A program made the translations under genes and the position numbers. The notes beneath the pieces are model-generated. The model was not told where the DNA came from. It did no database searches and saw only the letters and a program-made list of their open reading frames with translations. Source: Chrysomallon squamiferum (taxonomy: Eukaryota > Animalia > Mollusca). From it: a stretch of DNA of 64,000 nucleotides. The DNA lies in assembly GCA_012295275.1 (NCBI GenBank), contig CM022679.1:30690001-30754000 (forward strand). The letters run 5' to 3'. Of this stretch, positions 16,196 through 31,663 are shown one piece after another (position 1 is the stretch's first letter; every line of letters starts with the position of its first letter).

Positions 16196-17293
16196 GTATT
16201 TCTTATTGATTAATTTTTACATTTTTATTATTCTACTTTACTTCTTCTTCTTCTTTTTTTTTTTTTTTTTTTTTTTTGCCTCTCTCTCCCTTTTTTTTTG
16301 TTGGTAAAATTGTCCCTTTTTTAAATTATCTTAAAAATACTGAATCTAGTTTTTTTTTTTTCTGTATTACACTTCTCTGTATGTTATTCTCGTACATCTG
16401 AAGATGTTCTCAGCTCTGGAGAAATTGAAATCAGTTTTTGGAAACGCAGCCTGTCATATCTGATGAATAGAGAATCGTTTTTTTTTTTTCTTCTTCTAGG
16501 AAACAGTTCCATCATATAATATTACCCCTCATTTCACTGGATCTGAGAAATTCCGATACATCTGAAACCAACAGATAGTACATTCTGGTACTGAGGAAGT
16601 CCAATTCAAATATGCATCGTATATGAATAGATATACTCAGATGAAAAAAATAAAGTGAAAAATTTCTTTTTTAATTTCAGTTGAAAATAAAGCAATGCTA
16701 ACCGTATTGTTTTAATTTATGAAGAAAAAAAACAAAACACTACTGCTGTAACGTGGAAACATCAAGATTTCGTAGACGTAAAAATAACGCAAACAAGTGG
16801 TTAATTACAATTCTGAAGATACAATCATTTTCACAAAGTTGTATTAAAACATCATAAATTGATATTCATGTGATTTAGCATAATTACAGAAGTTGTCATT
16901 AATTATTAATAATCATACTTAACGACTATTTTAATTTTAAATCGAAGATTATATTATGTATGAATCAAAGAGCTGCCTATATCTAAAACAGTATCTAAAA
17001 ACAGCTGTTTTGGTTTCAAATTCAAGATACAAGTATTTGAACTAGGAAGCTGGAGATGCTTGCTATCTAAAATTCATCTTTAGCAGTCATCTAAATGGAA
17101 GATAAAACAGTTTTAATCTGACACTACAAAACATATTCTCAGTCTTAGTCTTGTTTGTGGTGCGGATCGCAAAATCTCGTTCAGACATCGAAGATTCTTT
17201 CAGAGATTCTGAATAAAGTGTATAAAGTGTTTGAAAAATTACGAACACAATTTATGTCAAAATAAATAAATAAATACTACTACTACTACTACA

Positions 17294-17333
<40 letters not shown>

Positions 17334-17362
17334 TTACTACTACTACTACTACTACTAATAAC

Positions 17363-17409
<47 letters not shown>

Positions 17410-18519
17410 GAAAGAAACCAGACACAAAAATGTTGTATTATCTATATAAAGTAACCAACAAGGAATATGTTTTTGCTTTAACTGATACTCAAATTCACAT
17501 GTTAATTATTTAAACCAATATGAAGAACAGCAACTCTTTCTCTTTGTCACCAAACACTCAAATAAGTAATCATTTTCATACGACACATTTAAATATTCTG
17601 AGTGAAATTTCGTTTCTCGCGTATGAGAATAAAACAAATATAAATGTGTCAGATTTAAATTTAAAATGCAGACTTCCAGAAATAACATTAATAGCAGGAA
17701 AATACGTGTAACATTTACCAAAAAACCAGCTTTGTAAGTTATTAATTTATAATGCTGTTTGTCGGTTAATTAGAATTAGCCACATGTAAATACATGGAAT
17801 GTTTACCAAAAACCTGCATGTGATTGTTTAATTTAAAACAGTCTCGACGAAACAGAATTAACCTTGCGTAAAAATACGTAGAACAAATTTACGAGTTGTG
17901 AATTTAAAACAGTACCAGTACGAGTTAGTAAAAATACCACGAGCACAGCGGAAATATTAACAGAATTTCTGTACCTCAAGGAAATCAGTAAATTTGATTC
18001 CATTGGAAGATAGCTGAATTTCAAGACAAATGCTGCCGTGTCAGCTGATATGGAAATCATTTTAAGAAATACTTTTTTCCAGTTAGTGAATTTATTGGAT
18101 ACAATGTTGCTTAAGTTAGAACTGTAGATTGCTATATCAAAAGAACAGAATTTTGTTTTATTTTCACAATTTTCTTTTAATGAATTTACGAGATAAGAAT
18201 CCTTCTTCATAATAATCGTCATTTAAAACAGAAGACATGGCCGAATCAAAAACCTGAAGAATGCTCAAAAAAAAAAAAAAAGAAATCGTAAATAAAATCG
18301 AACACGCTCTAGAGTTTCTACAACTATTCGTAATTACTGGCTTACTTCCAAACAACTCCGCACCTAAACATTTCAGCCAGTCGCGGCTTTCCGTGTTTTT
18401 TTCCTTTTCCAGAAATGATATTTCAAATACTTGTAACCAGTCAACAAAGTTTCCATTATTCAGACAAATACATGATAAACATAACGTTATTGATCTTTGA
18501 GATGTATCGAATACAACTA

Positions 18520-19305
18520 GATATGTCATACGGCGTTACTCTCTCCGTCTTAAATCATCTACTTAGCTGACCAGTGCAGTTTAACGTTGCGTTCTCTGAG
18601 AATGCGAGCCAATGTCTTCGAAACGAAATCAGCGAAATGTCTGGCTGTGATTTGAACACACTGACGACTTCCTCCCACCATTCAACATTGGCGATTCGCT
18701 TTGCCGAGCCGATGTTCTCTTCTGGTCATCATGGTTTAAAGAGAGCCAATTTTCAGTGCAATCCTCCCAAGTAGACCCTGATACTGTTTTACGACACTTT
18801 GCAAGGATTTTATTTCTGACCACTAATTTTTAGTTACAGACGAGTCTAAGGAAGGTGATCTTTATTTGTGTGTTGTTCGATCGCTGGGCTATATCGTATT
18901 TAGGAAAGTTATAACAAAAACGTTAGTTTTTATTTCTAAGAAAAGTTTCATTCCACTAATGTCGGAACAAGTGTGTTAGAGTGTTTTTTCCAACGATTAA
19001 GGATTTTGTTTGTTTTTGTGTTGTTTTTTTTTGGTTGGGGAGATATCAACACAATGAACAGGTTTGACAAAACTTCTCGTTTTCGTGCATTCGTTTTCTG
19101 TCTGTCTCTTAGAGATGAAACCATTCCTTTCGCCCTCTCGTCCTTTTGTGAATCATTCTCCCAGAGCCCGTTTCGCCATGGGATGCCGGTGTGAATTGTG
19201 ATTATCTGTTTTCCTTCATCGTTTAATTATGTGCAGTTTCCGATGACATTTTGAAAGACACCAGACAACAGTGTGTGCGGCTGTGTGTGGTTTTATTGTA
19301 AAATC
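18520..19305 (+). promoter_or_regulatory. Putative promoter/5' UTR region of exon 1a
   Basis: Microsatellite-free and CpG-containing, with two GAGCCAAT boxes (~18606, ~18742) upstream of the first ATG. TSS not determinable. Confidence 0.35.
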
Positions 19306-19455
19306 ATGTCGAAGAATCTGTTGCCGTCGTGTATCGTGTATAACTCACCCTACTCTTCACCCTCCCACAGGGGCCTCGACTACACCGCCGCAGACAAGAG
19401 GACGTCCACGATGCCGTCGCAGGGATCTCTCTTCACCAACTTCGAAGACGTCCAA
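19306..19455 (+). CDS. TRPC: TRPC exon 1a (probable main first coding exon; MSKNLLP...TNFEDVQ)
   Basis: ATG at 19306 with A at -3 and an in-frame TGA upstream at 19252. 50 GC-rich codons in AT-rich surroundings. Donor CAA|GTAAGT, phase 0, joins exon 2 to give FEDVQ-LSDEERVFL. Confidence 0.75.
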
Positions 19456-19487
19456 GTAAGTGTGTTTTATTTTATCATTTTGTTTTG

Positions 19488-19561
<74 letters not shown>

Positions 19562-19932
19562 GTGTCTTTCTCTCTCTCTCTATCTCTCTTCTCCCTTTCT
19601 CTCCATCTACTCTCTCGTATCTTCTCTTCCCTCTTTCTCTCTCACTCTCTCTCTTTCTGTCTTTCTCTTCCTATTCTCTCACTTTCTCTATATTATTTTT
19701 TTCTCTTTGTTATTCTTTCTTCATCTATTAAATTGCTGTGTTTATCAAATGCTAGTTCCTTTGATATAAATCTGATCAGTTTTACTCTGCATGCTATTAC
19801 TGCCACAGTCACTGTTAATACAAGCGACTACTGCTATCATTTTACTATATTACTCTATTTCTATTATTAATACTCTTGCTATTACTGTTACTACCACTTA
19901 TTATTATTATCATTATGATTATGATTATTATG

Positions 19933-19983
<51 letters not shown>

Positions 19984-20670
19984 TATTATTATTATTGATG
20001 ATGTTGTTTTTCTTAATAACATATTCAAACTATTACTATATTCGTTCAGTATTTCGATTTTAAGCTAAGACACTTTTTTCTCGGTTACTTCAGTTTATTT
20101 GAAAATTAAATAAAACAACATCAGTTTTTTAAATAAAGCTTTTAAAATATATATAAATATGTATATCTGATTCGTTTGTAAATGGAATCGTTTTTCTCTT
20201 CTTTCTGTATGGCGGTTTGAGAGGATAACGTACTTTTTATTATTATTTTGTTCTGACTTGATTTATCAGTAAAATCTTTTTTTAAACACTAAACAAGAAA
20301 TAAAAACGTATTTTATTTGACGATGCCTCAACACAGTTATGCCGCATAGTACACACTATGGAAGACCACAGAGATAACATGACATGAAACTTATTGCCAT
20401 CTTTCAATCGTTTAGTCTTTTTCTGTTAGCAGAAAGCGTTCGTTTCAGTGTTCCTTCTCATATACAGGAAAACATATATCTAAGCCTTTAATAAATCAAT
20501 CATGTGATGCTGACTGATACATGACGTAGCCATTTTGCTGTCCATCACCAATAAAATATTTTAATTTTGTAAATACGCAGTAAAGTGTATTTGATAGAGG
20601 CTGTTCGTTTTGTTTGTTTCTTTGTTTTTTAAACTTTAAAATAAAAATTATTTTTATTAATTAATTAATT

Positions 20671-20703
<33 letters not shown>

Positions 20704-21667
20704 TTTTATACATTATTTTATTTTATTTTTGTTGATTTGTTCGTTTGCTATTATTATTTTTTCTGTTATTATTGTCTGTTTTTTATTAGTTTTCTTTTTT
20801 ACAATTTATTTATTTCGTGTGTTTTTTTCAAAGTGTAAGCCATGTTATAACCTCAGTGATTAGAAATCTTGGAAAAGAAGCTGTAGGACAAATACGATCT
20901 TCTGGCTATGCCCTCATAACAAACAGAGCCACAAGACAACTTATCAAACCCCTTGCTGTACTTTTCTACTACGAAAAGGTGCATAAAAAAATCCTTGGTT
21001 CCTGACGAAAAATATAGCGTGTTATACTCTAAATGCCAGTAAAATGCTTCACTTCCAATAGCCCTTGGTAGAATGAAAGTAGACAGATGACAGAAAAAAC
21101 GCGATGACCTGCATTATAGACATAAATCATTGCAGCTTTACTATAAAACGTTAATGAAAATTGCCAAGAGGGGATGATATAATGTTTTATATTAAGTCTT
21201 CATAACTCTATTTGTGTAATGCGATATTTTGTAATCACTGTCAACTAGGGAGAAGAACAAAATGTATGAACGGACGAATGTGTGAATGAATGAGTAAATG
21301 AATGAATGCACCAGTGAATGAATGAATGAGTGATTGAATGAGTGAATGAATGAATAAACGAATAAATGAATTAGTGAACGAACGAACGACCGAAGAAAGA
21401 ACGAATGAAAGGAGGAATTTGACGATTAATACATAATTTTAAAATATTATGATAATATATATATATAAAAACGCCATTATCAGCAAAAGACATTTTATCT
21501 TTCTTAACCTTCCCACAGACAGTACTGCACTGAATAGACTCGATAGAAAATCGAATGCTTCGTTCAGAACTATTTGCAAGTCAAATTCACACGTTATTGA
21601 ATTCCGCTAATTTGCAGCTATTTATCTTTCTCTTTCATGACTTTTCCCCTATTTAAAAAAAAAAAAA

Positions 21668-21703
<36 letters not shown>

Positions 21704-22000
21704 TAAAAAAAATTTAAAATTAAAAATTAAAAATAAAAATTAATAAAAACTGTTCACTTTTCCAGTAGGATATAATGATTACCTTAAATAATAAATAATG
21801 TATTTAATTTTTTGTATATGTATCTGTCAGTATGTTTGTGTGTAAATCGAAGTGGCCTGATCTCGATGAACTGAGTACACACAAACTGACATCAAAAACA
21901 TTAAACACAGACAAACATATACACGTGTTCCTCCACATGGGTTTGTAGTTGAAATAGTTTTTGTTTTTCTGGACCAATATATTTGAATGACAGTGGGTAT

Positions 22001-22137
<137 letters not shown>

Positions 22138-22161
22138 TTCTCTGTGTATAAGTAACTTTGA

Positions 22162-22199
<38 letters not shown>

Positions 22200-22286
22200 T
22201 AGTATATGGTATATCTGCAAAATCTGTGTCTCTATCTTTTCCTTCAATGTTCATTTCGTAAATCTTGTTCGTTATTAATATACATT

Positions 22287-22345
<59 letters not shown>

Positions 22346-22929
22346 AATAAAAATAAATAAATATTTAATTAATTAATTAATTCTTCTTCCCCTAGATATC
22401 AAAAGATTATTTATCTTTCTTCTTTCCCTTAGTTCATTTCTTCTTTTTCTTTCTTTCTTTTACCATCATCAAAATCAACATCATCATCATCATCATCATC
22501 ATCAACTTCCTTTCATCTTTTCCTCTTCTACTTCTTCTTCTTATATTTTAACCTGGTCACGAATTAATACTGGTAACTAAATGCAAGCCCCAGAATAAAA
22601 TGATGTTGTTTACATTTCACTCACAAAACCTGATTACGTTCAACAGGTCGCTTTCGACTTGACATGAAGTTTTGAAGATCTCAGATATGTAATTTAACAC
22701 GGCCTAATCCGAACGGAAAACTATTGATTATGTTTGAACAAAGAATGAGATGGTCATTGAACATTTTTCTATCGCAAACAGCTATCATGTTGACCTCACA
22801 TTCATTGTTCGCTGTTTAGGCAAAATTTACATCACTAATTTTGAAACGGGTTTTTAGAGGTTTATATTATTTTTATCTAGATGGAAGGTATATGTAATTA
22901 GAGGTTTTTGTTTGTTGAATTTTTTTTTA

Positions 22930-23600
22930 TTACTTTATTTTATTTATGTATTACTTTATTTATTTATTTATGTGTTCATTTATTACTTTATTTATTTATT
23001 TATTCATTCATTCATTCATTCATTCATTCATTCATTTGTTTCTTTATATTTATCTGTCTACCTTCTTACCCAGCTACGTATATATTTATCTTTCTGTCTG
23101 TCTGACTGTCTGTGTATATGTAAGCATGTATGTATGTATTTCTACCTATCTACCTACTTATCTGTGTATATCTATCTATCTGCTTCTGTCTATCTATTTA
23201 TATATTAGTCCATCCAGCCGTCCCTCCATCCATCCATTCATCCATCCATCTATCTATCTATCTATCTGTGTATCTATCTATCTATCTATTATATCTATCT
23301 TTTATCTATCTCTATCTATCTATCTCTCAATCTATCTATCTATTTATCTCTATCTCTCTATCTATCTATATCTATCTATCTCTCAATCTATCTATTTATC
23401 TCTCTCCCTCCCTCTGCATCTATCTATCTATCTCTCAATCTATCTATCTATTTATCTATCTATATCTATATCTATTTATCTATCTCTTTATATCTATATC
23501 TATTTATCTCTCTATCTGTCTCTCTATCTATCTGTGTATCTATCTATCTATCTATTTATATATATATCTTTATATATGTGTGAGTGTGTGTGCGTATATT
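22930..23600. repeat. Compound tetranucleotide satellite (TTTA/TTCA/TCCA/TCTA)
   Basis: Directly visible. Confidence 0.93.
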
Positions 23601-24406
23601 TGTATCTTAGTCAGTACATCTCTCTCCCTATATAATCTTACTTATTTATCCGTTTGTTTCCACACCTTTCAGTTTATTTCATTCATTTTACTCACATGTC
23701 ATTCACAATCACCAACTGATGATACCAGAGACTGAACCGACTTTGTGTCATTTCTTTATTTAGTCAGTTGCCGACTGATTTACACGTTAAACTTATCTGA
23801 AAAGTAACAAGCAATTTCATTCACCAATCTCTGTATTTATCTCGTATTTTCATTAAGCACATTGTTAAGCAAATCGTACACGTTGCAGTTTGCGAACAGC
23901 GTGAAGTGTTTGGTAGTCTGCCACAAGACGTTATAACTCAGTAATTGGTTAATACAGAGAGGGTTTAAATCGTTAGGGGACTGCTGAAAGCGTATGTGCA
24001 CATATTTCTTTCTTTCTTTCTTTCTTTCTTGCGTGTAGAGGATTTGTATTTCTTCACACGGAAATATCAGTTTGTCAGAAAATTTAGATCAGCAGTTCGA
24101 AGCGTGATCTTCCATTGTCTGTTGATTTTCCCGTTCCAGGTATTTACCACAACTTTGTTGATTAAAGACCCGTGATTTTAAGAGATTGTTTTCAGTAAGA
24201 ATGTGGGTAAAATAAATTTTTTAGCTTATTTAAATGAGTAGCTTGCCAATTGCGGGTTTCTCCTCTCTCAACCCGGATATAATCTTCAATATAGTTAGAA
24301 ATGTGAGTTTTAAATAAATCCCATTATTTTTTTTTTCTTCTTCTTCTTCTTTTTTCTTTCTTTTGCTTTAGAAAAAATAGTAAACAATTGAAAGAGAGAG
24401 AGAGAG

Positions 24407-24489
<83 letters not shown>

Positions 24490-24874
24490 GATTAAGAAAT
24501 ACACAGAGACACAGAGAGATGCACTTTCCCTCTCAATATCCCATTTATTATCAGTTTAAAAAAATGTCTCTAGCTTCACTTGTTTTTGACTTCATTTTCG
24601 CACGGAACACTTGCTACAATTGATTTTATTGACGCCGGCTCCGTTATAAAGCTGTCACACGTACAACGTCTATCTGATACACGCTGTAGTTCTAGATTGT
24701 AAATCCCTCCGTCTCCCTTTCACTTTGCCTGCATGTCTTCTCATCTCTCTAATTATTTCTGTCTTTATCTCTTATTAAATATCACCCCGGTTATTCGTTC
24801 TTCACCTCTTACTCTTTATTTCTTTTTTTTTTTTTTTTCTTTTTTTGTTCAGTCTATTCATACTTTTTAGTCTT

Positions 24875-24961
<87 letters not shown>

Positions 24962-25427
24962 CTCATTTTTTATATATCTTCGGATTATTCTGCTGTGGAT
25001 AAAAATCTCCTATCTATCTCTGCATATATTTCTATTTCCATTTCCATCTTTCCATTTGATATTGTCTTTTTATCTACCAAACTCTAACGTTAATATATAT
25101 TTTTGACTTTTTTTTCTTTCTTTCTTTCTTTCTTTCTTTTTCTTTTCTTTTCTTTTTCTCTTATTCATTTTTGTTCCTTTTTTTTCTTTCTTTCTTTTCA
25201 TCTTAGTTCTGTCTTTATACTTGTCATAGTTATTAACTTTCTATGAAAGTGAACAAGATTTTCCTTTTTGCAATGCAGTTACAACACAAATATCAAAACA
25301 TTATGTAGGCTATAAATATGTTTTGAAAGTTATCTGGATAAAAGTTAAATCTGACATTTTACAATACAGGATCAGCCATACTGTGATTTTATTTTTTATT
25401 TTCTTCTGGTATTTTAAATTTTTCTTT

Positions 25428-25475
<48 letters not shown>

Positions 25476-25884
25476 TTATTTATTTTTTTTATTTTTTTTT
25501 TTTTATGGTTATAACGCTTTGACGTCTGAATTCTCCTTGGAAAGCCGTTTGATGGATATATCTAAGGCCATGGCATGTGCTTTCCTGTTTAAGGAAAAAA
25601 TGTATAAAGCAAATTCATTATTATTACCCATAGAATAGATTTTATTTCTTAAACCTCCATTATAACAATATAATTTTGTTTTAAAAACAGAGTTTAATAG
25701 ACAGTCGTAAATTGATGATCTGTCACGAAACATTCCTTTTTTTTCATTTTTCAATTATCTCTCATTCTGTATTTCGTTTCTTGTATCTCTGTTTACGTTT
25801 TTCTTTTCTTCTTTCTTTCTGACTGTCTCTTTCTCTTTATGCCTCTCTATTTATTTTTTTTTTCTCTCAGTTTTCCTCTTTCTC

Positions 25885-26108
<224 letters not shown>

Positions 26109-26556
26109 CATGTGTGTGTGTTTTATTTCCCCGCAGGAATCTGCTGTCATTCTCATTATTCATTCGATTAGTTGTACATTTTTTTACAACTGCACCTAAA
26201 CTGGGCCACGAACCCACATCCCATCAGTTTTAATTTAATACCGCACGCCTACAAGATGAGTAGTCTTCTCGATTTTACCCGGAAGCATTTGATTTGACAG
26301 TCTCGATTACTCAAGCCATTATGCTATTCGATGTTGTTAAATTGACGTTCTCGATTCTACGTGCAATCACGGAGGCAGTCTTTATTCTATCTGAAAGTCT
26401 CGATTGTCCCGCCGTTCATCTAGATGGCTCCTTGCAATGGGTAGTCTCGATACTCCATGTCGCTGTAGACGTCAGTTTATAATCGATCTCCAGCCTCGAT
26501 TGCCGTGTCGACATTGTGCTTGATTTAACGCCTCGACGTTTTATATTTTGTCCCAG

Positions 26557-26688
26557 ACATATCCCATTTTTCAATATTTCCATTCCGTGTGTCCGGAAGC
26601 TGAATGGGATAATCTATGGCTGTCAGAGGGAAAGAGTTATCGCCCATTGAAGGCCACATCCCATTACTTGATGCATCATTTCGCAAAG
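26557..26688 (+). CDS. Candidate 132-nt in-frame cassette (or alternative first) exon in intron 1
   Basis: ttttatattttgtcccag| ... AAG|GTAATC, 44 open codons, phase 0-0. No recognisable homology. Confidence 0.3.
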
Positions 26689-29600
26689 GTAATCAGAGAA
26701 GTTGAGAATTGTGACAGAGCAAGACAAAATATTTCATGTTCGCTGTCGACGTCTTCGTGTAAGAGAGTGCAAGAAAAAATGCATGGAATAATTTACAAGA
26801 TTAAAAGAAATAATGATGCAATTAGAAAACAATTCAAGAATGAAAAGAAAGAAAAGAAATAACAAAGAAATAAAGAAACAATAAAAGAGAAAAATGAAGA
26901 ATGAATGAAAAATGATCACAAGAAATAAGAATTCGTCTTTTAACGTTAGATATCTTTATTCGTCTTATAAACCTACATTGTTAAAACTTCACACCTTCGT
27001 ATTCTGTGTCTGTAAGAATGTGTAACAATCTGTATGTACGTGTGCAAGTAGTTAGAAAGGTAATTAAACGTGTATATGTATATATGTATGTATGTATGTG
27101 TATATCTGAGTGTATATATGTATGTATTACGTGTATGCATTAGTGTGTATTTGCCCATAAGCCTAGTTTTTGTGTTTGTGTGTGTGTGTGTGTGTGTGTG
27201 CGAGTGCCTCATATAACTGTGTCTTTTCACTTTATTAATTATATATGCCAATCTTTGCATGTATATGTCCGAATGACCTTTTTTAACTTAACTGCATTGA
27301 CCAATGTTTACATCATCTGAACTACACTTCACACATTCTAAACACAACGCAAACAATTTGGAAATTCTGACTGACATTCACGCCCGTTTGTGTTAAAAAT
27401 TATTTTCACATGCTGAAAATCCAGAGGTTATTATCTTGCAGAATAGATTCCGAGTGTAGCATTTATTTATACAAGTCGACGTAGACATATTAAGTTTACA
27501 AGCCTAAACAAATAAACCATGCACACACAGAGTAAACACATTACACCCATGCTAGTTAATAAGTTTATGGGTATAGGTGGAACCAATAATTAAACGGACA
27601 ATTAAAACTGTTTGTATAGATATGGGCGTGTATATTATTTCCAGTTTTATGACAAATACTTTTTTCTGGCAGTCACTGTATCAAATAGTTGTTCTGCTAT
27701 TTTTAAAGAATTTATTTTAAAATATTTGTGACCAGAACATTTCCCTTCTTTCTTTTCTTATTCTCCTTTTTATTCCTTTTTTCCTTTTTTATTTTTTCAT
27801 TTTTATTTTTATTTTTTTTATCTGTTTTTGTAAATTGAATCAACATTTGTATTCTATTTTGCGGCTTTTTGCTTTGATCCCGTATGCCCTTGTTTTCATT
27901 GACTGAAATCCGGTATTCATTTAAAGGCACAAGCAGTCAAATGAGGGACATGGTTGTGTTTTAAAATGTTGTAAATTGGCCGCCTTGCGAACGATTTACG
28001 CAACATTCTAGCAGCCTGTCAGACTCAATAAACTAAATTAGCGATCACTTATTTCTTCGCCCGCGGGAATGCTTCAGTCGTGGCGGTACAGCGTGCCTTT
28101 ATGCGAGGAGTTTTTATTTCTGGGTGTTTTTTTTTCATTCTTGTCTTCTTGTTGAATTGTTTCGTTTGTTTTATTTTTACTTCTTTTCTAAGTTGTGTTT
28201 ATGTGTGTGTGAATGTGTGGGAGAGAGTTGGCCCGGTTTTGGGTTTTTTTTTATTATTATTATTATTTTGTGTTTTTTAAGCAGTTTATTTTTATTTTAT
28301 TTTATTTTATTATTATTTTATTTTATTATTATTTTAATTTTGTTATTATTATACTTTTTATTTTATTTTATTTTATTTTATTTTATTTTGTTGTTGTTGT
28401 TATTTTGTTTGTTTTGAGTGTTTGTTTTGGGGTGTTTTCTTGTTTTTTATTTTTTTTACTGTTTTTGTTTTCTCTTGTGATTGTTGTGTTACTGTTTTAT
28501 TTATTTTGTATTGCAGTTTATTTTTTATTATTATTTTTTTATCATGTTTTTGTCTTTTTGCTTTTTAATTTGCATCGCAATACAGGGAGGCAAACAGCCA
28601 GTGTTACTAAGTACAAACTCAGAGAGAATCAATAAGAAAGAGAAAACACGCCAACATCTATTTCCTATACATCACCCCAAGACAAACTCAAAACACTCAA
28701 CTGTTTAGTTTGTGGTTAAACACATTTTCGTTTCCATACCCAGACATCACTTTTCAAAAAAAATCTTCATTTTTAGCAAAACTTCAAAGCTTCACCGCAG
28801 CTTCTTGAATGTTAGCATTTGCACATTGGTCGCTCGATTCAGCAACAAGACTCGTAAAAGACAATGACAAATATCATTGCAGACAGGTTTTTGTCGATAA
28901 ATGTCAACATACCTTTGACTTGTTACGCAGTCTGCCCTGCAGCAAAGCAGTGTTTAACAGCTCGCCAGAAATCGTTTGAATACCGCGAGGAGACGCGGTG
29001 AATTCGATCAGTTTTGTCACAGAAAGTTTTATTTAAAAACGGATGATTTCCTTGATTGCTAAATTTTTGCATGACTTATCTTGTACTCACTGGGGTTGGA
29101 ATATGTGGTATTTATTTTTCATTGTTGTTTATTTTTACTGTATATGGCAGATAGATAGATGGGATAGATAGATAGACAGACAGACAGACAGATTTATTTG
29201 TAGGCGGCAGGTAGTTAGGTTCGTTGGTAGACAGTTAATTAATTGTAAATGGAACTAGAATAATTTTAAAGTATGTTAAGTTACTAATTCTAGAAAATTA
29301 GAATTAAAAAAGCTAAATAGTTTCTCTTTTCTGTTTCTATGAAAAAATCAAAAACAAGAATAAAATAAATAAATGTATTTTTCTTTGTATATAAATGTGT
29401 ATGAATGTATGTATGAATGAATGAATGAAAGAATGAATGAATGAATGTATATATGTGTTCATGTATCTGTGTCACTTATATGTGTGTATAAGTATGTAGG
29501 ATGTTTCTATCCATAGATATCATTCAAATTATCTCAGTAAGTATAAATACATTACATTATAATCAACGTACCGAATTTTTCTTTTATTTCGTATCAGCCT

Positions 29601-30589
29601 ACATTTCTCATTCACAGTTCTAAATCAACCAACAAATCTCTAACAGTATATAAAGCACACATCCTATCATCCATATTTCCTGTTTTACCCCTGTACACAA
29701 AAACATATTCCGCTTAATAACACAGACACACGCATCTGTTAGCAGTGCACATGTTAACAGTCTATCTGTAAAAACAACAACTCGCTATTTTCCCGGTAGT
29801 CCTATTACACGAGAGATACAAGTCACAGAAACATATTATGGAATGTGTAACTTGATTAAAACAAAGTTGTGTCTGGTGCCCACTATTGCTGTTTTATTGG
29901 GCTAATAAACAGTCTACACACAAGTTTATGTCAAGCAGATGCAGCAAGTAAACTCATTTCAATACAGATTTCTTATTCCTTGTTCATGTTAAGTACGTTT
30001 TCTTGGGCATTTCATCAAACAGTGTCTGGCCTTGACTGAGAATTGGTACATTAAACATGATTTTGCAATATTTCGCCTATAATAGTATATATATATATAT
30101 ATATATATTTCTATCTATTTCTCTTTCTCACATTTATATACAGTAAATAATTAATAAAACGTCTATTTTTAGAATGTATTCTTTTAAATTCTTTTAATTT
30201 ATTAATTAATTAATGTTTTAGTTTATATTTGATGTGGATAATCTTGCTTTTTGTTCTAAACTGGACATTTATATTAATTTTTTATTTTTTAATTTTTTAA
30301 ATATGAAAAGAAACACAAATATGGAATTTTACATTTTAATAACACACAATTATTCTACTAAGAACTGACCCTATATCTAGAGATGATTTGTCACACAACG
30401 TGAAAAGAATTAGTTTGTTTTCTCAATCCAACTATTCGTCCATTATTGCTATTTCTTTGGAAATGTATGAATGCATATGTGTAAGTGTGTGTATGCATGT
30501 ATATATGTATGTTTGTACGTCTGTATGTATGTATGTATGTATCTATGTATGTATGTATGTATGTGTGTATGAATATATGTATGTATGTT

Positions 30590-30624
<35 letters not shown>

Positions 30625-31620
30625 TATATATGCATGTTTGTATGTATATACAACAACAACACCTACAATAAGTATTTATAGGACTTTGTGCACTTTGCAT
30701 TCTCAATTACGGGAGAACAGTAAATAATTTTGACGAGGTTCTTGACAAAACATAAATAAAAGAAAGACGTCGACAGACAAAGCACCAAGCACCAAACCTG
30801 GACTGGGAGGCGTATTCACAGAATGGAAAAACACGACTTCATGTCGATAGGTTGTCAGAGTCAAAGATTAATCAACATCATCAACCAAACGTGAAGGAGC
30901 GCTGGGTAATTAATGTGCAAGAAGATGGCACGATTCTGTAAACACAGCAACTGCAATTTCAGTAAACAACTTAAAACAGATAGATAGATATATAAATAGA
31001 TAGATAGATAGATAGATAGATGGATGGATAAAATAATAATAATAATAAAAAAAAGATATTACAGTTTTAAAACGCAGATTAATGTTGAAATGGGCACAAT
31101 AATAATTATCATAACAACAACTACAACAACAGTAATAATATTAATAACTACCACCACCACCACCACCACAACAACAACAACAATAACAATAAAAATAATA
31201 AACAAAAAAAAACAAACAAACAAACAAACAGATGGACAAGTTACCCCTGCACACCATAAACGACGACAAGTCATTACCGAATCTTCTCCGCTGACCCTGT
31301 TATCAGTGGGCGAAAATTGCAGCATTGCGCTTTTATTGGAGACCCATTTCCAAAACTGTACAAACACAGTCGTAAACCCTCGCCTAAGAAAGCATTCAAT
31401 TAATTTTACACACGTTTAGAATAGCGAAATGCATGGACGGTAATTGTCGATTTACAAGGGACGCCATATAACAGTCCCGCATAAAAAACTATGTTGACGG
31501 ACTATTGGTTATTATTCGTTTGTGAGGAAAATGTTTGTTGCGTGGTTGAACAGCGTGGGCGAATTATATAGATCACAGCGATATTGTGATGTGTTCTTTT
31601 TTTTAATTTTATTTTTACTG

Positions 31621-31663
<43 letters not shown>

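Noticed and set aside
17833-18529. Two overlapping minus-strand ORFs (129 and 121 aa) as a divergent gene or transposase relic
   Set aside because: No recognisable motifs, low-complexity AT-driven composition, and no clear splice structure.
29501-30486. Further ATG...GTAAGT phase-0 candidates (29501-29536, ~30463-30480; also 5505-5516)
   Set aside because: They lie in or beside ATG-rich microsatellite with weak exonic donor bases; most likely chance.
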